DNA of 63,782 bases, counting the filler, from Collodictyon triciliatum (Eukaryota), in NCBI GenBank assembly GCA_043381765.1. It is 8 parts of 8 records of this genome, joined end to end, with 100 filler letters (N's around TTAATTAATTAA, not from the genome) between each part and the next. Parts side by side here need not be neighbours in the genome. Positions count along the whole stretch, not along the records: positions 25,606 to 33,981 come from JBHJMP010003451.1; positions 34,082 to 42,459 come from JBHJMP010003452.1; 6 more parts are not named here. The stretch is one strand, 5' to 3'. Under the pieces are notes generated by a model. That model had not been told where the DNA came from, did no database searches, and was given only the letters and a program-made list of their open reading frames with translations. Position numbers and translations under genes: made by a program. Below are positions 25,789 to 39,500 of this stretch, piece by piece (the stretch's first letter is position 1; each line of letters begins with the position of its first letter).

Positions 25789-28700
25789 CTATAATGAAGA
25801 AAATCCTGTAAAAAACCTGTTGATTTTGCGACATGAAACCATTCCTTTCTCTGACAATGAAACACAAAATAAGCGCCGAATGTCATCGATGACTTCGCTA
25901 TCATCCTGGGTATCTGTTGGTAATTCACTAGTGAATCCAAAAACGATTTCAGATTTACTTGGCACCTGGCAGAGTTCAATACTAAACTCATAGCCGACGT
26001 AGCGGCCGATTTGGAGGAATTTGTTTATTTTGGAATGCCACACATCCAACAAATCAACTAGTCCGGATACATTTTTCGTGTTTTTAGGGTCGTTCGTATG
26101 GGGATTTTCCTCAGTTGTATTGATAGGGAAGTGAATATTGATTGGATATCTCCCTATGGAGACCGATAAATTGCTTTCATCGTGAAAGCTGCAGAATTTC
26201 CCGTCAAAGATAACCATGGGGGCGTGCTGCCCGTATGCAACCATCCTGTTGGGAGATATGGTGGGCAGGTTATTTTGAAAGTCCAGTATTGTTGGTTTGT
26301 CCCCCATGTTTACATAGACGATACCACCATATGTGAGAACCTGTATAAATGGATATATAGCAGATATGTTTTCTCGACGGGTTGTCCTCTCTACCACAGT
26401 CCCATTCTTCGAGCAAAAGAAAGCATATCCCTTCGAAAACCTCATCACACCCACGCCATAGATGGTTGACGTCAGCTTTGCTGCTTTAGGATTCCCAGAC
26501 GGCCTCTTACTTAAATCCCAGCTATTTTTTTGGTATATACTTCCATTGTCTGAAGAAGGCAAGTCTTTAAATCCGAACGAAATGGACCCCCTGGATAAGA
26601 TTTCTACTTCGAAATAAAAAATGTTGTAGTTTTCCAGAAAAATCTTGACATCTTGAAATATTTTAACATCCACATCGAAATATTTTTTTTGTACGATGTC
26701 TATATGATTGTCTATAATTTCATCTTGCTCAGGGGACGTTTCTCCACCTCCTTCAGAGGTCGTTTTATCTTCTTTAGAGAACATTCTGGTGTAGTACTCT
26801 TTTGCTAGAAAAAAAGACGAAAAAAAAAAAAAGTCAAATTATTTCGGATGAAACTTTAGAGATTCAAATAATTTTTTTCTTGAGTTGATGGGTATCGAGC
26901 CTAAATTTATATTACTATTACAAACCTCTTTGTCGCTGTTGATAATCATGGATTTTCACAATAAAAAAGCCAGGAAAAGAAGGAAATCCAAATAAAAAAT
27001 TGTTAGTCTTACAAAATTGGCATGAAAAATATCTGAATAAAACTCACCCTTTTTCTTATTCGAAAGAAGTAGGCAATACAGAAAAACATGTACCAAACTG
27101 GAGAAAACAAAATTGTGGCAAGTGCCATTCCATATCGATGTAAGCTTGCATAAAGAACAAAAGTCTCCTCGAAAAAATCCAAAAACTTCTAATAGTCCGG
27201 GTGTTAAAAAGTAATATAAAATTAAAGAAAGAGTATGTCTTTTTTTTTTTTTTGCATTCTCAAATAGACTAGGTATAAAAATAGACATTGTCAATAAAAT
27301 AATGGGAGGTTTTTTTTTATAAAAACAAACATTTCCATTCTTGGGGATTGAATCTATTATTTTCTTTAAGAGGTCAATAAATTTAAGCCTATTGGCGTAT
27401 TTATAATTCATTTGAGCATGTTTTACAAGAATTTTTTTTTGTATACAATTATAAATTCAATGAATTCTATTGCTCATATTTAGAAAAAATTATACTCAAT
27501 CTCATCTTTGAATAAAAATTCGACGGTATGGATCACACCTGTAAAGAATACATGCTTTTAAATATTTTGATTGTGATTATACCATTATATATGAAATCTT
27601 GCAGATATAAGCATGAATACAGTTAAAACATCAATCCGACCGGTTTACCTCTTTTAATAGAGGATATTGCTCCCCAAACTACCATCAGAGTGGATATAGT
27701 CACGAAAAATAAGAACCCAAAAAATATTCCGAAAATTGCTGTAATAATATCAACGATGATGGTGTAGATACCAATTACATATATGTCTGTTCGGCTCAGA
27801 AATTCTCTAATGGGAAAAAAATTTTGGGTGATAAAAGTTTTGAAATCCATGTCACTAGGATAGTCCAGATGACACCAACATTCTCTCCTTTCGAAAGTTC
27901 CCCAACGCATAACCTCTCCAAGACCATTTCGTCGTGATATAATATACATCGACTTGATAACCGATATTAGCGGCCTCAGAGGTAGCAGTAAGTTGATCGG
28001 TGCATAAAGGGCATCCTCTTGCATTTCGACAACAACATCAGTAAAAACGAGTTCATATTCTTTCTTAGAATCTTCTATGATTTCCTCGTATTTTTTGCTC
28101 AAAACAGCAATAAGAAGGTTAATAAGAAGAATATTGAACATAAACAGAAATGCAAAATACAATACGGGGCCAAGGACTGGACTATTGTCCGATATGATAT
28201 CAAAATTTAAATCCCCAAACATGAACGACAGAAAGCTTGTTATGACCATGTCTGTACTGGACAAATCAACAGCATTTTTTCCTACCAGGACGAATATGGA
28301 GTATCCAAAGGCAGCCAAAAACACAAAAATGAACACAAAGAAGATAAACATTTCTCCGAGCATATTGTAAATCACTGCGAGCATGACTCCAAACTTCTCA
28401 TATACTTGCAAAAAATACAGGAGCCTCGTGAAAGAAAGCAATACAAGGACACTCAATAGGTTCTGCTTAATATGCTCAAACCTGACTATCTTGTGATAAG
28501 ACACAAAATCTCCCTCAGATGCTATACTATCATGGGAATAGCTATCTGCAAGTACATCGATATAAGCATGAAGTCCGATGATTAAAAATAACAGGATGAT
28601 AATAAACCAATCCAAGAGATTCCAAAGAGAGTTCTTGTATATGCCACCTTCCTCAGAGGCTTGATCGAGCTCATGGATCAAGAACCCGAAGGCATACAAC

Positions 28701-31700
28701 AAAAGAATAAATTCAATTATCATCATATCCAGAGATACATCTCCATAGTTTGAGCTATAAGATGTAAACACTTTAGTGGTGACAAAGCTTTGCCCTGTGA
28801 CTGGGAGCTCAATGACCTGGATAACATGTGCCATCAACTTTGCATTGTCGCATGCTATAAGGACTTCCACGAAAACGGCTCTCGTTTGGGTGTCAAACCA
28901 ATCATTGACCTCCAAGTCTTCTAAACTACTTAAGGCATCGGCCTTGCTCACAGGCAAATCAGTCAAAAAGCCGCCTCCCGGATACCACACAAGCAGTTGT
29001 CCATATATTGAAAGTCCTGAGGCATCGACTTCACTCGACCACTGAAAAACCTTGTCTCTGCCATAACTTTCCTTATCATCCGTTAGTATATTGTAGGAAT
29101 AAACACATTTTTTCTCTCTTCGCCTTTCGTCTTTAGTCAAAGGAGGTAGTGTATTGGAAGTGCAGTTATGAGTTTTGGACCTGAGTTGCCGAACCCGAAT
29201 TGGAGAGGCCATGCGAAAGTATGACAGTTTTTCGCCATTATCAGTAACAGAGGAGGAGTTATTCATAAACCACCCATCGTAGGCAGCTGGAATAAAGAAG
29301 GTCCTCATGTAGTCATAAAAACCATTCGCATCATTGTATCTATCGCTACTAAATGTTTCTTGAATTGTTTGCGTAAAGTAAACCGAAGATACACCCTGGT
29401 GAATGTTTTGTTTTTGAATGTATTGTGATAGTATAGCTATGTAAAGGACATAAAGGAGAGTATAAATAACGAAACTTCCTCTCAAGGAACGAAAAAATGG
29501 AGCTATTTTTCGCGACGTGATTATAAATTTCCTAATAGGCTGGTCAAATTTTTTAAAATCACGGTGTTTCTGCTCTTTTAAAATGGTCTTTTCTCCACAC
29601 ATTTGATATTGGCCGATATTCTCATCAGCCTTTGGATTTTTCTTCACGTTGCCATCCTTTTTCTTATCATACTGACCGACTTCAAGTGTGTCTGGGTTTT
29701 GCACAGTATTTTTAACTTCCACTTTTTTTTCATCAAGTTTGACCATGTTTCCAACGTGATTGACCTCATCTACTGGGGGTGTAGATTCAACTTCACATGA
29801 TGAAACACCATCAGCTCTAGATTTATCATAGATGTATATTCCTGGACCAAGGTAAACCTTCTCTTTACTATTTTCTCTCATAGATGACATATCTGACCAT
29901 ATGATTTCTACTTTTTTAGAAACGATAGGCTGTGAAAGAAAGTACTTGGCTTTGGCTTGTCGGCCCAGATGGATGTAATTTTCAGGGACTTCATAATTTC
30001 CTCGGTTTGTTTCCAAATTATAGGCAACTCTTTTAATTAGTTTCATGGCATAGTAGTCATACATGATTGGGATACACGGATCCTTTACAGTAGACTCTCT
30101 GATGGATTTTAACACACATAAGACTTTCTCTACGGGTTCCTTCTGATTTGTGCTGGAGGTGATTTCTTCAATAAGCATATCGATCATAGATGTATGAAAT
30201 GGATTTTCTCGAACCCTAATGGCTTTCAGTCTTTTCAAGGAGCAAAGCTCAGGTGGCAAAGCTGTAAGCATTTTTAAATTAAAAATTGGAAAGCATGTGC
30301 CTCAATCAGTTTATATCTCCATGTTATGTGATTATAAAGAAAAAAGAAAAAAGAAAAAGGAAAAAAAGAAAAAAAGAAAAAAAGAAAAAAAGAAAAAAAG
30401 AAAAAAAGAAAAAAAGAAAAAAAGAAAAAAAGAAAAAAAGAAAAAAAGAAAAAAAGAAAAAAAAGAGTATGTAAATCTGAAAGAATATAAATCTAAAAAA
30501 GTGAGATGAAATTGATGACTTTAAAGTACTGATTGTTTCGAAAAGAATATATAGACAAACCTATCTGATGAACATTATACCAATCATCTGGGTTGGATTT
30601 ATGGTCAATAGAAGGGTCAAAGACAATGTCAAGCTTGTTTGCTTCCAAGTACAAAACCTCCAGGCTTGAAAGCATACCAACAAAGGAGGGTATAGAAGTT
30701 ATTCGATTTGAATTCAAATTTAATGTGACTAGTCTGGTAAGGAACTGAATCTCGTCCGGAAATTTAAGGAAGCGGTTATTCTCCATATTCAAGTGCGTCA
30801 GTCTGGTTAGATATTGAGCCAAATGACCAAGATTAATGAGTCCTCTTCTAGAAATATCAAGAAACTTCGATCCAGAGTAATAGCAATTCCATAACATATC
30901 TTCGGTCTTATCAGCACAGCTGAGCTTGATGTTTGCGATTTTGAAGTATTGGTTGATATCTAGGGGGATTTTAGTAAAGTTATTATTCTGGACATCAAGT
31001 ACGTTGAGCCTCCTGAAGTTTACAAATTCTGCAGGTATGGATGTAAATCTATTGGATGAAATGCCGATGTACTCAATATACTGCAGGTTTGAGAACGACT
31101 CTGGCAAGGATTCTAACAGATTTTCGTGAAGAGACAAACATACAACATGGTCCATTTCATCAAATATGTCTGGTAGCTTGGCAAGTTGGTTCCCAGAGAA
31201 ATTCAGAATTTTCATAAGCTTTACACTTGACATTGAGTCTGGTATGGATGATAGCCTATTGTGCGAAATATTCAGCTCTGTTAATTTTGTTAAAAAAGAT
31301 ATTTCGTCAGGAATTGAAGACATTTCATTTCGCTCGACACTCAGCATCTCCAATTTTGTAAGCCCGCTGAATTCTGGTAGTTTAACAAGTTTATTGGTCC
31401 CAAGCAGCAAAATCTTTAGGGATTGGAGTGACGACACGCCACATACCTTATCTAATTGGTTTCTAGCAAGATTCAACTTTGTTAGCGCCATATTTGTGTA
31501 TTCAATTGTTTTTTCTCTGTTTAAGCATGTTATTTTGTTATCGCTCAAGTCCAATTTTTTAAGTGAAGTGAGCATGAAAAGATCAAACGGAAGACTTGAT
31601 ATTGAATTCCTGGATAATGATATTGAGCTCAAACCGGTGAGATGAGAGAAGGACAAATTCTCTAAACATGAGATATGATTTGAAGAAAGATCCAAGCGCT

Positions 31701-33249
31701 TGATTGATACAAATCTATCAAGGTTTAGGACGAATTTGAGTTGATTGTTGCTTGCGTTCAACTCCTCCAGAGGGGTACAGTTCAGCTCACTCAGATTCGT
31801 CAACGAGTTTGACGAAATATCTAAAACAATGAGATTCGAAAAGCTACTCATTTCTTTGGGTGGACTGTCTTTTAACCCACAATTCCTGACGCTTAGAAAC
31901 TTGATACTACTAGGCTTGCTAGGTATATTAGATTCGGTAGATTTGTTAGACTCGCCAAAGTATGATTGCTTGAGTAACTGTCCATCAGTGATTGTCAGGC
32001 ATCTCACGGAGGAAAACCAATTTGTGGCCCCTTGGTCCTGCGTGTTAAAGATTGACTTTTGTCCAACGTGAAATCTTTCTCCTTTGAAAAAGGTTGCATA
32101 AGTGATATCATCTGTGCCCTCCATTTGGTCGATCTCCCAATAGTCCAATTTGGAGAGAAATTTTTTTAATGACGAAGATGCATAGAAATTCCGATTACCT
32201 CGAAGGAATAGCATCTTCAGGTTCTGAAAATATGGAAGAGCCTCATCTAATCTACGCAGATCGTTGTTGGTTAAATCTAAGCTTGTTATCGCTTCGAGAA
32301 GTTTCAACTGCTGGAAAACTTTGGTAGGGATGGATTTGAATCCATTGTCCCTAAAAGACAACTCTTTAATTTCCTTCGAGAACTCACTTTTCAAGTAATT
32401 GATAGCAATGTTTTCCAACTTTGATTCGGATTTCGTCTTTACGTGAAGGGAATGAGTTTCGCAGGAAAATAAAACCGTGCTGGGATAGGAGGGGTCATCC
32501 ATGGTATCGTGTTGTAGCCTGAACTTGAACTTGAACTTGCTCTTTGGAACGATGAAAGGAGTAATAAGGCTCGCAAGATTGGATATCCCTTCTACACATA
32601 CTGTGTCTAGTGAGCTCATGGCTGATAAACAAGCTGGGAGACTGTGTAGATTATTATCCGCTATATCAAGGACAAGCAAACTAGACAGTGTCTTAAATTC
32701 TTCAGGTAAATAGGAAAAACGGGCGTCCCGAAAGGTGAGTTTCGTTAAATTTGGTAGAGCTGATAGGCTTGTCAAGGAATTTATGACGGCGTTTGAAAAC
32801 TCTAGTGAAACAGGGGACGTGTCTACGGAAGAGATGGGGCTCCACTCTGTGGAATTATCAGTGAAGGACAAGAAAACTGATTCTAGCATTTTAAATTCTC
32901 GAATAGCTTCCGGCAATCTCATCGGCTTATGGGCGGGGATGTGAATGGCAAGATGTTTTAGACCCGCAGGGATGTGAACAAGGTTGGACAGAACAGACTC
33001 CTCAATAATCCCTTTGATTGTCAGGTGTGTGAGCGAGGCATATGGCCTTAGGCTCAAAAAATTATAAGGATTACTTATGGTGACATTTTCAATCGTCAGA
33101 ATGTCTTTTCCTTGGTCCTCTTCCTCCAAAATAATGATGTTGGTACCTGTGACATCAAATACAATAGTGGATGTGGACGCAGCAACAGCACCCAAGGGAT
33201 GGACCTTGACATCAGTCCATCCTTTTTTCGAAAAAGGAATCCAACTCAT
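25789..33249 (-). CDS. Large LRR-repeat + polycystin-2/TRPP-like cation channel + SPRY-like domain protein (~2,200 aa, 7 exons)
   Basis: Phase-consistent GT-AG exons 33249-30561, 30300-27649, 27538-27496, 27388-27331, 27188-27048, 26935-26926 and 26804-25789. Many LxxLxLxxN repeats. PKD2/TOP motifs PIRVRQLRSK, YPGGGF, WFDTQTRAVFVE, WNLLDW, FMFGD and NILLINLLIAVLS. SPRY-like FYFEVEILSRGSISFGF, FCSKNG and IYPFI..VYVNMG. Confidence 0.85.
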
Positions 33250-33578
33250 TTAGGTTGTCTGAAAACAGAGAGGTGGCAGTTTTGGGCACTTTCTTGATTA
33301 CTCCTATGATCTCGTGGTCCACGAATGCGCTTTTTCTCTGCTGTAATGGACTTTCAGCCAATTAGTAGATATATCTGATTCGCACGAGTTCGTAAAAAAG
33401 AAAAGAGAAATAGAAAAAGAGAAAAGGAAAAAAGAGAAAAAAAGAGAAAAAAGAGAAATAGAAAAAGAGAAATAGAAAAAGAGAAAAGAGAAAAGAGAAA
33501 GGAGAAAAGAGAGAGAGAAAGAGAAAAAAAAGAAAAAAGAAAAAAGAAAAAGAAAAAAGAAAAAAGAAAAAAGAAAAG

Positions 33579-33609
<31 letters not shown>

Positions 33610-34081
33610 AAAAAAGAAAAAAAGAAAAAAAGAAAAAAAGAAAAAAAGAAAAAAAAGAGTGCACTATGATGGACACCATATAAATCAAGAATAACACAAA
33701 ATTACATAAATCACATACGGCATAAAAAAATTAAAGTATACAACAACTGTAAATTAAATAAAGCGACCATACACAGAATTGAGAGCCGACACTCTCTTTG
33801 TTGCGGCGACTAGGTGCATCTCCAGTTCCTCTTCTTTCCATGCGATTAGTAGAAGCACCTACAGTTGTTTTATTTTATTTCTTTTGAATAAAAGCAAGGA
33901 AAAATGAGTCCAAGACATTCGCTAGAGCTTGTAAAAAAAAAAAAATGAAGCAAGGTTATAATATATAATTATATTTAAGCTNNNNNNNNNNNNNNNNNNN
34001 NNNNNNNNNNNNNNNNNNNNNNNNNTTAATTAATTAANNNNNNNNNNNNNNNNNNNNNNNNNNNNNNNNNNNNNNNNNNNN

Positions 34082-34249
34082 GCGTATCGAATCATCTTGC
34101 CCTTCAACAGGACACAATTGGCAGTGGAGCATCAATCCTAAAAATATATCAATTAAAATCTGTAATTTGAAGTCAATAAAATTAAAACAAATAATTTAAA
34201 ACTCACCCAACAGCAACATAGCTGCAAACGACTTTGAGTTCAATCTCAT
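34082..34249 (-). CDS. 5' end of a secreted or membrane protein (signal peptide), truncated by the gap
   Basis: MRLNSKSFAAMLLLG|LMLHCQLCPVEGQDDSIR with a GTGAGT...TAG intron at 34206-34138. Confidence 0.55.
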
Positions 34250-36645
34250 TCTAAACTAATGTGATGAGTGTTTAAAGATTTATAAAAATTTTATGAAGTG
34301 GTGTAATACCCAATGAACACATTTTCTTAAACATCTAATATTGAATCACTCTATTTAAATTTTAATTGATTCATTCAAAAATACATAGATAGATTATCTA
34401 CACATAACTTCAATAATACTCATAAATAAATCTATAGAATACTCTTATTCATATCCATTGATAAACATGACTATTTTATTTGATGATATAGTGACTTAAT
34501 CAGTTGATTCATATATATTAAAAATGCAAAATAGTCATCATCTCAGGTTAAATCTATATCAACTCACAATTTTGTTGATAAAATTGATAAAAATTCATTA
34601 GTCTCCGGTTATATTTTTAGCAAGGTCATTATTGTATCAGTTATAAGTAGATTTTGATTTGATGCTTGTAGGAAAATCAATAATCAATTATTAGATGAAA
34701 CATGCCTTAAAAACAAATAAATCAATTTACGACATACGGAAAACAATATTAAAGTATGGGACTCATGCAAATTAGCCTCATTATGAATAGGAAATGAGAA
34801 TAAATCAAAAAAATAAAGTTTAAGTTTAAATGATAGGATAATGCATGTTTCAGTTTGAGAAGAATAAGTTTGGTTTGTCTGAGTGATAAATCAATAAATT
34901 GTGATAAACAAAATAGCCGATGATTTCATAGAAGACTTTATTTCAATCAATTATATGGACTTTAAAATCAAAATATATCACACCTATAATTAAAAATATG
35001 GAATTAATTATTATTATTCAAACAATTTGCACGATTTTAATAGGATGCAATATGAAAAAACAGTTATATGTTATGTATATCAAGAAATTAAATGTATATT
35101 AAAATTATGAATAACATGTCATCAAGGAAAACACATGCCAATCATTTGGTTATATTTTTCACATATTTCGTACATAAATATTGATAAAGTAAAGAAATAA
35201 TTGATAAATTGGTTGTTTAATCATGTATTCTTTATAAAGGCTTCTTAATGCACAAAACATCCAATTAATTTGATTAATCGACCAAAAATATATCATACAT
35301 TAAGTCCTCGTTTTCTAAGCATTCCAAAATTGGATGAGCGGATGATGTAATGCTCAAAGTAAGAAGTGGTTAATGACATATAATTTTAATAACTAATCGA
35401 ATTGGTATATCGATTAATTATTAGATATGTAATGGGAATAACATTAAAAATAAAATGATATACGATAATTAATTCAAGTGCAAGTATTAATAGATTCTTC
35501 ATCAGATGAATATTTTAAAATATAATCTCATAAAATATTCATAACCAGAACTAGTGGTATCCATTGAAAAATTGCTTAATTTTTTGAACATTTATTTTAA
35601 TATTCCTCAAAATGAAAAACTATAAATACCAAGAAATCCAATTAAAATTAATGAGGATATTATTAATTATTCATTATCATAATGTGCATATTTATCGAGA
35701 TATACTGATCCAATTCGTTTTTGTTTCCGTATGATATTTATATATATTATTCATTAGATAATCATAACTGTAAAAATAGTCATATTATTAGATAACTTAC
35801 TCTGGTTCAATGATAAAAATAAATCCTGAGCGCTGGAGTACATCGAATGAATATTATTATTTAGGAGCAAACAAAAATATTTCCTTTAGAACATGGATTT
35901 CGATCGTATCTGATAGAAATTAAAATTATGATTTAATATAGCTTAGCAAATTGTCTTTCAGTTAACTATATTATTGATTATATATAAAATATTTTAACCC
36001 TTGAGGTATAACCGTCTATGTACAAAATAGGGGCCCAAGAGATGAACTACATCCTAATATACGATAAAATTTCATTAACTGATTGCAATATTAAAATATG
36101 TGTGCGTATTGGATACCATCTCTAATAGATTTCATGATTCACAACCCGTCTTATTATGCATTTATTTATCTGATTAATGTCAATTATTATCTCATTTTCT
36201 ATCATAAGTCCCAAATATAGTGATTTTTAATTGACCTCTCTTTAAAGGACATATTTGTCACAGTCACCATATTAACATGATTCATTGAACTAAAACCAGC
36301 TATACTAATCAAAACCAAATCACTCTGATAAAAAATTGTTTTATTATTATGACTATTAATAGTGATATGTTATATGTAAATCCTATATTTCATTGAGAAT
36401 TTGAAGACTGTGTGCTATAAAGGTTCTTTGGAGCTCTGAATAGAATAAGTCTATTACACAAAGGTTAGTACTAGATTTTTGATACAAAATATAATTATTA
36501 CTATGAGAAAGGCAACAAAGATCTGAATGTTAATAAATTTACAAGCACGATCGTTTCAAAGGTAATATATAATTGAGAATTTAGTCATTGAGGTATTTTA
36601 CGTGTGCACCAATACAGAGATAATCTATCTAGTTGAAAATTGATG

Positions 36646-37168
36646 GGGCAGACGTTGTAGTCCAGCTGGCATGGGACAGCGTCTGACCTGCGCGAACGTG
36701 GTTCGAACCCCACAGGGTGCGCGGTGTGTGTGATTCCGGCCCTGTATCACGCATTCCCTGAGCCCTCCTCCTGTGCCCTCAGTTATACCCAATCCAGGGC
36801 AGCCGGGGTGTGCTTCGCCGGACAACGGAGCACACCCCACAACTTTCGAAGAAAATGACGTCACCAGAAGAGTGCTTCCATGAGAGAGGAATGAGATACC
36901 ATATCTACGCCGAGCTTCGACCCCACAAAAACACACCCCACAGAATTGTCCCCCCTCTATTCCACGTCTGCCCTTCTTGGAAAACCCCCCATGCCCCCCA
37001 GACACCCCTTTGTAACACCCGGCCACAGGCCAAACCGCAGGATGCAATCCTGAGTACCGACTACTTCTCCGCCGACAAGTAGCGCCCATACAACCGATGG
37101 CTAGCGAACCAAAGCCAACACCCCCCCTCGGTCCTGCACAAAAGTTGAAAGGAAGAATAAAAAAAAAA
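36646..37168 (+). mobile_element. Full-length tRNA-type SINE (~520 bp)
   Basis: A-box-like TAGTCCAGCTGG (36658-36669), B box GGTTCGAACCC (36700-36710), no TTTT run in the body, 3' AATAAA/poly(A), and a perfect 19-bp TSD ATCTAGTTGAAAATTGATG (36627-36645 and 37169-37187). Confidence 0.85.
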
Positions 37169-38403
37169 ATCTAGTTGAAAATTGATGAATAATACATAAA
37201 TAAATTAAATTGCAATCGTATTTAATTCTAGTATTCAGCGATATTTTGACCAAAGATAATAAACTGAACAATATCAGACTTGATAATATGAAACAATCAT
37301 AGAATTCATAATGTATGTGGTGGATTAACTAAATAAATCATTCAGAGAATCAACATAAATATAAGAGACATATTTGGATACATAAAAAGAAATTTTTTAA
37401 TGAATGAATGTGAATGATAATAATCGAAAAAATAAAAAGGGCGTGAGCCATCTACCATATCCTTGGTTAGTCGGGGTAATACAAAAATACATATAAGAAA
37501 TACCTTTCTTATTACCTCCGATTGATTTGGAATTGTTATTGGAAGTGGAGGGTTTGTTGGATTCAATAAATCGACATCTATATAACCAAGAGAGAAATTG
37601 AACTAATTTAGATGACGTAACAACGATTAGCTATTATATAGATTTCTTTATTGAGCTATAAATCTACAAATCATTTTTCCTTGGAGAAACGAACAAGGTC
37701 TAGTAAGGTGAAGGGTATGGGCGTGAAGCTGTGGACAAATGATTGCAGGTCAGTCAAGGGAAGGGGTGTATCATTCAGCGGCAAACTGGTTTTTAGCGGG
37801 GATATGGTATGTGTTTTTCGATTTGGATTTAAGAATGGTTCATATGTTGATTAGTTGGTTTTTAATTCACATTTGATGCAATTGTGTATCTATTGATTTA
37901 ATTAAAAGAGAATTTAAAATACCGATACAAAGAATCTGCAGATAAATAAGCTTTTCTGGAAGATACGTAATTTAATGATTTTTTTTGTATATTTAATATT
38001 CACAAGGCGATACATAATACGATTGTTGAAAAATAAACGACGTAGCATGACGATTCTGTAGACAGACATTTCATCTTGATTAAACTTCATTAGAAAATAT
38101 GTAGCTGAGGCAATTATATAATAAATATTAAAATATTGATTCCATGTATTTTATGGTAGGATAAAATCTATCAACTGAATAATAAAATAACTAGTATGGC
38201 CAGACTCCGATGATAATTCTTAATTTTATAGATTTTGTACTATCATTAGAAAAATTTTACTACTGAAATATTTTTAATTAAAATATTCGACTTTATGCAT
38301 GCTGTAATTTACATGTTAAATCGGCAATGTTTTCAAATAAGATTAAGCCTCCTTACCATAAAAAAGGATACATGACTCTCGATTACAAAAATTTAAAACG
38401 AAT

Positions 38404-38612
38404 ATTATTTTATTTATTTTTGGTCATGAATGACTGGACAAAGGCATACTTCCTTCCACACACAACACACCCAACACCCCCACAGTGCGTTCTTAGACCT
38501 TTACTTCAGACCATCGGGAAAACTAGGAGCCGCCGATCCACCACCCCTCTTCTCCTCCAAGTAGTAGATCGAAACAGTTCCCTTTCCCACGGATTTTGTC
38601 TTTTGTCCCTCT
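38404..38612 (-). mobile_element. Possible 5'-truncated retroposed fragment of a different family
   Basis: GC-richer island ending (on -) in an A-rich tail and starting near AGTTGAAAATT (reverse complement at 38613-38623). The second TSD copy is only partly recognisable. Confidence 0.35.
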
Positions 38613-39316
38613 AATTTTCAACTGTATCTGAGTTTTGCCCATGACTTTAGTTCGACCATATTCCGATTCAAAATGAATAATCAATTCTTAATATGATATA
38701 TTGAATAAAATAATGCGATTTTTCAGCTAGTCCATGAAGTTGTCAGATTGAACTATTTATCAAAACGAGACCTAAATTAAGAATGAATTTTGATTGATAA
38801 TCTGCTAAAAATTAGGTTTTATAAACACATGTACTTAAAATGTGGGTATTTGGTTTTTCTATCGTTGAATGTCAAACATGTGACGAATTTTCTGTCGTAT
38901 AAATTTAAAATTTTTTCTAGCTTTTCAATTATGATGAGAATTAGAAGGTAAAATTAGACAAGAATCATGTTTTTTTAGTATCATAATCTTGGTCAATCTG
39001 GCCCAAAGATTGCACTATTCTTTGTAATGCCCTCAAAGATTTAATCATGAGTTTATTTAATTATAATAAAAAATTAGATTCATGGTACTTGAAACCTTGA
39101 GATAAATAAATTTCCTTTCGATGCTATGAATTGGCTTGGTCAACTTATTGTATGACTTATTTATCGCCAAAAAATGAGAGCTCCAGAGTTCCTTGTACGA
39201 TGAAATGGAATGACAGATGGGCCCTTTCAGAAAGTTCATGCAGTGCTATTATAAATGGTTTTTTTTGAGTTCATCCTGAGAAATAATCAAAATATTTAAA
39301 GAGTTGAAAATTTTGT

Positions 39317-39500
39317 CCTGGTCTCCCTTATGCAATCAAACGACCCAGACTACATGCCAAACCGCAGGATGCAATTCCTGAATACCGACTACTTCTCCGC
39401 CACCCGGCCACCATATATCGTCCATGCAAACGATGGCTAGCGAACCAAAGCCAACATTTTCACCACCCTGCACAAAATTGAATGGAAGAATAAAAAAAAT
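39317..39500 (+). mobile_element. 5'-truncated, diverged copy of the SINE
   Basis: Shares gccaaaccgcaggatgcaat, taccgactacttctccgcc, cgatggctagcgaaccaaagccaaca and cctgcacaaaa..ggaagaataaaaaa with 37029-37168. It has a 15-bp TSD AGTTGAAAATTTTGT / AGTCGAAAATTTTGT (39302-39316 and 39501-39515). Confidence 0.85.

Noticed and set aside
36646-36720. Functional tRNA gene or HDV-like ribozyme at the SINE head
   Set aside because: A and B boxes are present, but there is no convincing acceptor stem or anticodon arm. The visible pairing is a simple hairpin, not the HDV double pseudoknot.
36625-37089. 154-aa and 90-aa ORFs over the GC-rich island
   Set aside because: Chance ORFs within the SINE, with no protein motifs.
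37690-37850. GC-richer patch sharing ATACCATATC with the SINE body on the minus strand
   Set aside because: The match is too short, and no tail or TSD is visible.
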